Origin: an uncultured Pelagibacteraceae bacterium | GTDB taxonomy: Bacteria > Pseudomonadota > Alphaproteobacteria > Pelagibacterales > Pelagibacteraceae | Assembly (NCBI GenBank): GCA_902623495.1 | Contig: CACNTW010000003.1 | Location: 36,240 to 100,239 of the forward strand | Direction: 5' to 3' | DNA: 64,000 nt | Part shown: positions 56,263 to 64,000 of the stretch, piece by piece | How the letters are laid out: each line of letters starts with the position of its first letter | How positions within the stretch are numbered: position 1 is the first letter of the stretch | The notes under the pieces: model-generated | What the model saw: the letters and a program-made list of their open reading frames with translations, nothing else | What the model was told of the DNA's origin: nothing | Databases searched by the model: none | Made by a program: the position numbers and the translations under genes

Positions 56263-57552
56263 ATGTTTCTATTTAAATCAAAAAAACCGATCGAACCTAA
56301 AAAAGAAGCTGAACAAGTTAACGTCGACTTAGAGCTTGTCACAAAAATGAATCAAGAATTTGCTTTGTCTCTCGATTTAAACGACACTCTAATGAATGCA
56401 TTGCGGGTAATTATTGCAAGGCTAAATGCAGAAGCTGCAAACATTTTTTTAATAAATGAACAAAAGAAAAAGTTTGAATGTATTGCTTCACTTCATCAAG
56501 ATTATTTAGATGAATACGAATTAGATCTAAAAGATGGTGTTATGGGTAAAGCTGTTCAGCAAAGAAAATGTATTCGTGTAGGAAATGTAAGAAAGGATGT
56601 TAGAGAGATAGCAGAATTTTATTTTGATTTAGATAATAAAACAAATTTTACAACATACTCAGTTTTATGCTCACCTTTGATTGCAGCAAATGAATGTATT
56701 GGAGTTATTCATTGTTTAAATAAGAAAACTCAAGACAAATTATTTATAGAAGATGACAGAAAACTTTTAGAAACACTTTCAGCGCCAGCTGCTTTAGCAA
56801 TTAGAAATGCAAAGATGGCAAAAGAAATGGTCGAAAAAAATAAAATTCAAAAAGAAGTAGAAATTGTTGGAGAAATTCAAAGATCCTTATTATCTAAAAA
56901 TAAAGAGAAAGACTTTCCTATATCTGGAATAAATATCCCTGCCAAAGTTGTTTCAGGTGACTTTTATAATTTTTCCGATTTAGGAGATGGTAAATATGGA
57001 TTTGGTGTTGCTGATGTATCTGGAAAAGGTATTAAATCTTCACTACTAATGTCGAAAGCATCTAGTCTTTATAGATGTTTAAGTAAAACTAATTTTTCTG
57101 CATCTGATTTATTATTTCAATTAAATAATGAGATATGTGAAACTATTTCAAGAGGGATGTTTGTTACTATGTTAATTGGAATATACGATTCAAATAAAAA
57201 AGAACTATTGTTATCTAGTGCAGGTCATGAGCCACCTTTGATTTTGTCTGCTGATGGAACTTTTAGTAATTTCTCAGAAGCTGGCCCTCCACTAGGCATT
57301 ATGCCTAAAACAAAATATCCTGAGCACACTATACCTTTCGAAAATAGCTCAATGTATATTTTTACAGATGGGATTACAGAGATAAAAAATCCAAATGGGG
57401 AAATGTTAGGATCAGAAGGTTTTGAAAATTATATCAAAAAATATCAATCAACTTCGATCAACGATAGACTTAAAACTATGATAGATGATATTTTAGGAGC
57501 AGGTCATGTACAAAAAGATGATTTAACAATTGTTGCTATAGATGGAAAATAG
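56263..57552 (+). CDS. GAF domain-SpoIIE/PP2C phosphatase (RsbU/RsbP-like)
   Basis: GAF with TNFTTYSVLCSPL...VIHCLNK...F...DD; SpoIIE motifs VSGDFY, ADVSGKG, FTDGITE, DDLTIV. Confidence 0.92.
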   Translation: MFLFKSKKPIEPKKEAEQVNVDLELVTKMNQEFALSLDLNDTLMNALRVIIARLNAEAANIFLINEQKKKFECIASLHQDYLDEYELDLKDGVMGKAVQQRKCIRVGNVRKDVREIAEFYFDLDNKTNFTTYSVLCSPLIAANECIGVIHCLNKKTQDKLFIEDDRKLLETLSAPAALAIRNAKMAKEMVEKNKIQKEVEIVGEIQRSLLSKNKEKDFPISGINIPAKVVSGDFYNFSDLGDGKYGFGVADVSGKGIKSSLLMSKASSLYRCLSKTNFSASDLLFQLNNEICETISRGMFVTMLIGIYDSNKKELLLSSAGHEPPLILSADGTFSNFSEAGPPLGIMPKTKYPEHTIPFENSSMYIFTDGITEIKNPNGEMLGSEGFENYIKKYQSTSINDRLKTMIDDILGAGHVQKDDLTIVAIDGK

Positions 57553-58683
57553 CTAATATACCGATATTTGTTCCTGATTATAAATTTTACAACTCATAAC
57601 AATACTCAATCCCAACATAATAGATAATAATGATGATCCACCATAAGACATTATAGGTAATGGCGCACCAACAATTGGTAGCATTCCTAAAACCATTGCT
57701 ATATTAACAAATACATATAAGAAAATTGCCGTAGCAAAACCAAAACAATATAATTTTGCAAAGAAGCTCCTAGAGACTAGCCCAACATTTATTATTCTAT
57801 AAATTAATAATATGTATAAAAATAAAAGTATAATTGACCCAAGAAACCCAAACTCCTCTGAAAAAAGTGTAAATATAAAGTCGGTATGTTTTTCAGGTAA
57901 AAATTCTAAATAACTTTGAGTTCCTTTTAAGTACCCTTTTCCAAAAAAACCACCTGATCCAATAGCTATTTTAGACTGAATTATTTGATATCCAGCTCCC
58001 AAAGGATCTCTATCAGGATTAAAGAAAGTTAAAATTCTAGACTTTTGATAAGGTTTTAAAATGGATATAGCAAAAGGTAATGAGACCAATAATAGCAATC
58101 CCGAATAAACAAAGTATTTAATATTTAATCCTGCCAACCAAATTATAGCAATACCACTTCCTGCAATTAAAATAGAGGTTCCTAAGTCAGGTTGCTGTAT
58201 TACAAGATAACAAGGAATTATTAAAAGTATAATTGGTTGAATTAAAAACTTGATACTTTGAATATCTGAGCTTTGAATTCTATGATAATATCTTGCAAAA
58301 CATATTATCACTGCAATCTTCATTAATTCTGAGGGTTGTAAGTTTAAAAAGTATAAATTAATCCATCTTGTTGCACCAGATGCTGAAATTCCAAAAAATA
58401 AAACTGTTATTAATAAAAGTAGCCCAACAAAATAGAATAAGTAAGCATTTTTGTACCAGGTAGAAACTCTCACAAAAGATAAAACTAAAAATAAACTGAA
58501 AAATACTGATAATCTGATTATATGATTTTTTGTATAAAATGAAAATTTTCCTCCCTCTGTAGAGTAAATCGCAAAAACACTGATTGATCCTATAGCAATG
58601 ATTAATAATATTAATAAATAATCAATTGATTTTAATTTATCTAAAAAACTATAATTGCTAGCTTGTATTCTTTCCCTTAACAT
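57553..58683 (-). CDS. rodA: Rod shape-determining protein RodA (SEDS)
   Basis: GATRWI, LQPSELMK, QPDLGT, GAGYQIIQS, FLPEKHTDFIF, PLPIMSYGGSS. Confidence 0.95.
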   Translation of the reverse strand: MLRERIQASNYSFLDKLKSIDYLLILLIIAIGSISVFAIYSTEGGKFSFYTKNHIIRLSVFFSLFLVLSFVRVSTWYKNAYLFYFVGLLLLITVLFFGISASGATRWINLYFLNLQPSELMKIAVIICFARYYHRIQSSDIQSIKFLIQPIILLIIPCYLVIQQPDLGTSILIAGSGIAIIWLAGLNIKYFVYSGLLLLVSLPFAISILKPYQKSRILTFFNPDRDPLGAGYQIIQSKIAIGSGGFFGKGYLKGTQSYLEFLPEKHTDFIFTLFSEEFGFLGSIILLFLYILLIYRIINVGLVSRSFFAKLYCFGFATAIFLYVFVNIAMVLGMLPIVGAPLPIMSYGGSSLLSIMLGLSIVMSCKIYNQEQISVY

Positions 58684-60632
58684 TATGCTAAATTTGTATT
58701 GCTATTATTAAATTGTTCTCTTAATTTATGTCTATCAATAATTCTTTTTATTAATTTACTTGCGAGTGGCGCAGCTGCTTTACTCCCAGAGCCTCCATGT
58801 TCAATAATAACACTCATTGCATATCTTGGATTCTTATATGGCGCAAAAGCAACATATAATGCATGGTCTCTTTTTTTGTATTCAATTTGTTCAGTATCTA
58901 AATCTAGTTCTCTATCAAGATCAGTAATTCTTCTAACTTGTGATGTTCCAGTTTTTCCTGCAAATTGGTACTTGGGATTATCGTAACGAGATTTATATGA
59001 AGTTCCATATTGCTCATTTGTAGAACCAAACATTGCATCTAATACAAAATTAATATTAGACTTCTTGTGATACATTCTCTGATAATATTCAACATTTATG
59101 TCATCTAAATAATTTCTTTCATGCAAAGGAAAATTAGATTGATCTAATTTAATCTTATTTATTATGTCCTTATAATTTATAGAGTCATCTTTTATGATAT
59201 GAGGTTTTATTTTATATCCTCCATTTGCAATTTGTGCGGTCATTAGACAAAGTTGAAGTGGTGTGGTCTGAATATAGCCTTGTCCAATACCATTAATTAC
59301 CGTTTCCCCTAAATACCAACTTTGCTCTAATGCACGTCTCTTCCATTTAGTATCCGGAACTAATCCTTTTTTTTCATCGTTATAAAGATCTCCGAGCACA
59401 TTAGTCCCAAGCCCGTATCTTTTTGCAATTATTGATAATTTATCAACACCAAGTAATCTCGCCATTTCATAAAAGTATATATCGCAAGATTGTTTGATTG
59501 CATTTCTTAGCTTCATGTACCCATGACCCTCTTTTTTCCAACAATGATATTTTACTCCATATAGTTCATATGGATGCTTATGACCCTTACATCTTATTGT
59601 TTTATTAGGATCTAATATTCCATATTCTAAAGCTGCAAGAGCAACTAATGGTTTAAAAGTAGATCCAGGTGAATAAAGTCCAGCAATAGACTTATTTATC
59701 AAAGGTTTTAAAGGATTATTTCTTATCTCTTTCCAATCTTTCTGATTAATTCCGTGCGTAAATTTATTTGGATCATAGGTTGGGGATGATGCCATCGCAA
59801 CTACTTCTCCAGTATATATATCCATTACGCATATTGAGCCTGCTTTTCCTTTAAGTAGCTCTTGGGCATATTTTTGAATTTCAATATCTATAGTTAAGTT
59901 AACCTTATTACCCTGTCTTTCTTTAATGTAATCTATTTGGCTTATTCTTTTTCCGGATGCATTAACTTCGTATCTTTTAATACCATAGTTACCTATTAAC
60001 ATTTTCTCTTGTGAATTTTCTATTCCGTATTTTCCTACTTTTAGACCTGGAACAAAATTTTCTTTTATCTCTGGTTTTTCAAGATCTTGTGGACTAGCAT
60101 CACCAACATAACCAACTATATGCACTAAATCATTTGCATAAGGATAAAACCTAGATGTCGATAATACAGGTTTTGCACCTTCTAATTCATGTAAATATAA
60201 ATTAATTTTTGAAAATTGTTCCCAAGTTAAATTATCTGAAATTACTAATGTATCCCAAGGTTTTAATCTCTCCTTTTTTTTATATAATTTTTTAACTTGA
60301 AACTGATCTAAACCGATTAAATTTTTAATTTTGAATATTGTTACATCAAAATCATTAATTTCATCTAATATTAAGTGAAGCTGAAAAACTCTATCATTAC
60401 TTGCTAGTACTTTATTAAAGTTATCTACAATTATTCCTCTCTGAGGAGGTGTTTTCCACTCACGTATTCTATTTTTATCAGATAAGATTTCATATTTTTC
60501 TCTATCAGAAATTTGTAAATTATATAATCTTGATGAAATACCTGCAAAAAGTAATATTTTTGCTGCAGCTAGTATAAACATCCTTCTTGTTATAACTCTA
60601 CCCTTTTCTATGTTTCTTCCTCTATTCAACAT
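58683..60632 (-). CDS. mrdA: Penicillin-binding protein 2
   Basis: PPQRGII, RFYPY, SPGSTFK (SxxK), SCD (SxN equivalent), AGKTGTSQ. Confidence 0.95.
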   Translation of the reverse strand: MLNRGRNIEKGRVITRRMFILAAAKILLFAGISSRLYNLQISDREKYEILSDKNRIREWKTPPQRGIIVDNFNKVLASNDRVFQLHLILDEINDFDVTIFKIKNLIGLDQFQVKKLYKKKERLKPWDTLVISDNLTWEQFSKINLYLHELEGAKPVLSTSRFYPYANDLVHIVGYVGDASPQDLEKPEIKENFVPGLKVGKYGIENSQEKMLIGNYGIKRYEVNASGKRISQIDYIKERQGNKVNLTIDIEIQKYAQELLKGKAGSICVMDIYTGEVVAMASSPTYDPNKFTHGINQKDWKEIRNNPLKPLINKSIAGLYSPGSTFKPLVALAALEYGILDPNKTIRCKGHKHPYELYGVKYHCWKKEGHGYMKLRNAIKQSCDIYFYEMARLLGVDKLSIIAKRYGLGTNVLGDLYNDEKKGLVPDTKWKRRALEQSWYLGETVINGIGQGYIQTTPLQLCLMTAQIANGGYKIKPHIIKDDSINYKDIINKIKLDQSNFPLHERNYLDDINVEYYQRMYHKKSNINFVLDAMFGSTNEQYGTSYKSRYDNPKYQFAGKTGTSQVRRITDLDRELDLDTEQIEYKKRDHALYVAFAPYKNPRYAMSVIIEHGGSGSKAAAPLASKLIKRIIDRHKLREQFNNSNTNLA

Positions 60633-61143
60633 TTTTTTGTTTTAAACCTAGTAAATAAATTTGATTAAATAATTTTGCTACTGCTGGATAAATTAAAAAC
60701 GAAAAAAAGGCAGTTGACATTAAAGCTCCATAACTAATACTTCCATCAAAGAAAATTGCTAACACTGTAAAATGAATTGAGCTAACAATTAATATTGCGA
60801 TAAAGAATAGTATCCAATCATAAATTAGATTGGGAACTAAAGTTCTAGCTCTAAAAAAAGATGCAATAACACAAAGTAAAAGATAATTTATTGACGAAAC
60901 TCCAATTGGTAGGTTTTGCACAACGTCATTGATAACACCTGCAAAAAAAATAAGTCCATAACCAAGCATTTCGGGTTTTCTTAAAACCCAATAAAAAACA
61001 ATTAAGTGAATAAAATTGAAAGATATATTAATTTCAAAAATATTAAATGAAAACGAGTAGCCTGTTAAAGCAAAGAAAAATAATAAAATAATTGGAAAAC
61101 CATTTAATAGGTATTGATAAATTTTTATATCTCCTCTGGCCAT
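60622..61143 (-). CDS. mreD: Rod shape-determining protein MreD
   Basis: Multi-TM protein between mreC and mrdA; FYWVLRKP, FFAGVINDV. Confidence 0.8.
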   Translation of the reverse strand: MARGDIKIYQYLLNGFPIILLFFFALTGYSFSFNIFEINISFNFIHLIVFYWVLRKPEMLGYGLIFFAGVINDVVQNLPIGVSSINYLLLCVIASFFRARTLVPNLIYDWILFFIAILIVSSIHFTVLAIFFDGSISYGALMSTAFFSFLIYPAVAKLFNQIYLLGLKQKNVE

Positions 61144-61144
61144 T

Positions 61145-61981
61145 TTACTTATTCACCTGCACATAATTTAGTTGATTTAAGTTACTAAAGAACTTTACAT
61201 ACTTCTTGTTATTTTGAATTATTATTTTCCCAACAGGTATTGTATCTGGAATTATGCCATCTGACCCAGAGGTGTATACAATTTCGTTTTCTTTTATTTG
61301 ATTATCTTTAGGTAAGTACTCTATTTCTGCATACTGATCATTTCCATTTCCTGACAGTATTGCATTAATACCACTTGGCTCAATAATGATAGGGATTTTA
61401 CTATTAAGATCATTAGCAAGTAATACCCTTGAGCTCAAAAAGTTAACATTTACAACTTTTCCGATATAATATAATCGATCCTTTACAGCAGATCCTAATT
61501 TAACTCCATTTTTTTGACCCTTGTTAATTATTAGAGACTTTAAATAAGGGCTTTGTTTATCTAATAAAATTTTAGTTAACATATATTCTTGAGAGTACAA
61601 ATCCCTTTCTTCAATTAACTTTTTCAAAAGAGCATTCTCGGATTTATAAAAAACGACTTCTTTTCTAAGTGAGTCTAAATCAAGATCTTTATCCCTTAAA
61701 ACTGAAAACTCTTCATACATGCTCATATGATCTTGAAAGAGATAATATTTATCTTTCATATATTTGAATGGACTTGATACAACATACGATCCTCTGAATA
61801 TTATGTCTTTTGTGATAGACCTAAATTGATTAACTGGTCCAGTTTTAAAATACTCTAATGACAAAACTAAAATAGATATGATTAATAGAGTAAATAAAGA
61901 AAACTTTTGTCTATTTCCTTTTTTTAAAAATGCTGAACGAATAGCAATAATAAAATCATCTCTACTCGATTCTGTTGACAT
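61145..61981 (-). CDS. mreC: Rod shape-determining protein MreC
   Basis: TM helix + coiled coil; LIINKG, SRVLLANDLNSKIP, VYTSGSDGIIP. Confidence 0.9.
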   Translation of the reverse strand: MSTESSRDDFIIAIRSAFLKKGNRQKFSLFTLLIISILVLSLEYFKTGPVNQFRSITKDIIFRGSYVVSSPFKYMKDKYYLFQDHMSMYEEFSVLRDKDLDLDSLRKEVVFYKSENALLKKLIEERDLYSQEYMLTKILLDKQSPYLKSLIINKGQKNGVKLGSAVKDRLYYIGKVVNVNFLSSRVLLANDLNSKIPIIIEPSGINAILSGNGNDQYAEIEYLPKDNQIKENEIVYTSGSDGIIPDTIPVGKIIIQNNKKYVKFFSNLNQLNYVQVNK

Positions 61982-61986
61982 AATAT

Positions 61987-63018
<1,032 letters not shown>

Positions 63019-63022
63019 TTAA

Positions 63023-64000
63023 CTATATTCCTTTCACTTTTTGATGTTTAATATTTTGAGATGGTGCTTTTTTCTCCCGTTTTATAAGCATTTTATTCAA
63101 TGCATTTAAATATGCGTTTGCTGATGCAACTAAAGTGTCTGTGTCGGCTGATTGACCTACTGTAGTCCTGTCATTTTCTTCAATTTTTACACTAACAGTT
63201 GCTTGAGCATCTGTACCTTCTGTTACTGCATGTACTTGATAAAGAGATAATTTTACATCGTGAGGAAATAATTTTTTTATACATTTAAATATTGCGTCAA
63301 CTGGTCCATCTCCTGTTTCAGTTGTATTTTTAATATCACCATAAACATCTAATGTCATTTCAGCTTTTTGTGGTTCTCCTGTACCAGCAAATACTTTTAA
63401 AGATTTTAAATTAATTGCATTTATTTTATTATCTACAATTAAACTGTCATCAACTAGAGCCACTATATCCTCATCATAAATATGTTTTTTTTTATCAGCT
63501 AAAACTTTAAATTTTCCAAAAGCAGCTTGGATAATATCATCTGTAAGATCTGAATAACCTAAATCGGATAATTTGTCTTTAAAAGCATGTCGTCCTGAAT
63601 GTTTACCCATAACAAGCGAAGTTTTCTTAACACCTACACTTTCTGGAGTCATAATTTCATAAGTTTCTCTATTCTTTAACATTCCATCTTGATGAATTCC
63701 TGACTCATGAGCAAAAGCATTTTTCCCAACTATTGCTTTATTAAATTGAACAGGAAAACCAGTTGCGTTTGAAACAATTTTAGAGGCTTTGCTTATTAAT
63801 TCTGTTTTAATCCCTGTATTATAAGGCATTAAATCATTTCTAGTTTTAATTGCCATAACTACTTCTTCTAATGCAGCATTTCCGGCTCTTTCGCCTATTC
63901 CATTAATTGTGCATTCTATTTGTCTTACACCTTCTGAAACTCCAGCTAATGCATTCGCTACAGCTAAACCAAGATCATTATGACAATGTGCAGATAATAT
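63023..64000 (-). CDS. leuA: 2-isopropylmalate synthase, C-terminal part; gene starts beyond the window
   Basis: Frame is open to base 64000: HCHNDLG, TINGIGERAGNA, NKAIVGKNAFAHESGIHQDG, GKHSGR, GDGPVDA. Confidence 0.95.
   Translation of the reverse strand: MLSAHCHNDLGLAVANALAGVSEGVRQIECTINGIGERAGNAALEEVVMAIKTRNDLMPYNTGIKTELISKASKIVSNATGFPVQFNKAIVGKNAFAHESGIHQDGMLKNRETYEIMTPESVGVKKTSLVMGKHSGRHAFKDKLSDLGYSDLTDDIIQAAFGKFKVLADKKKHIYDEDIVALVDDSLIVDNKINAINLKSLKVFAGTGEPQKAEMTLDVYGDIKNTTETGDGPVDAIFKCIKKLFPHDVKLSLYQVHAVTEGTDAQATVSVKIEENDRTTVGQSADTDTLVASANAYLNALNKMLIKREKKAPSQNIKHQKVKGI

Overview
Very AT-rich, gene-dense bacterial chromosome segment with tiny intergenic spacers and many overlapping stop/start codons. 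Composition and gene set suggest Pelagibacterales (SAR11); this is an inference, not a database match. Left third (1-20 kb): end of a GMC oxidoreductase, a GFA protein, a DMT transporter, a 1136-aa S8 subtilase of autotransporter type, and two HAAT (liv-type) ABC systems bracketing azlCD, a pentapeptide protein, glutarate hydroxylase (csiD/glaH) and a divergent proC, then a LysE/RhtB exporter with a structured leader. Middle (20-29 kb): grxC, a barrel-only inverse autotransporter with a coupled exported partner, msrB, an HDAC-family hydrolase, an orphan aceE-type E1, a 2-hydroxyacid dehydrogenase, a DMT and a D-amino acid dehydrogenase-like flavoprotein. Right half (29-57.5 kb): a complete retractile type IVa pilus locus (pilA, pilE, pilC, pilB, pilQ, pilP, pilO, fused pilM-pilN, pilT, fimT, pilVWX, pilY1, pilD). 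A full partner-switching set is interleaved with it: an ammonium transporter fused to a SpoIIE/PP2C phosphatase, a STAS anti-anti-sigma protein, an RsbW-like kinase and a GAF-SpoIIE phosphatase, with no sigma factor gene in the window. The window ends with rodA, mrdA, mreD, mreC, mreB and part of leuA. The best candidate for an undescribed system is an ammonium-sensing partner switch wired to the type IV pilus. I recognised no tRNA, rRNA, CRISPR array or mobile element.
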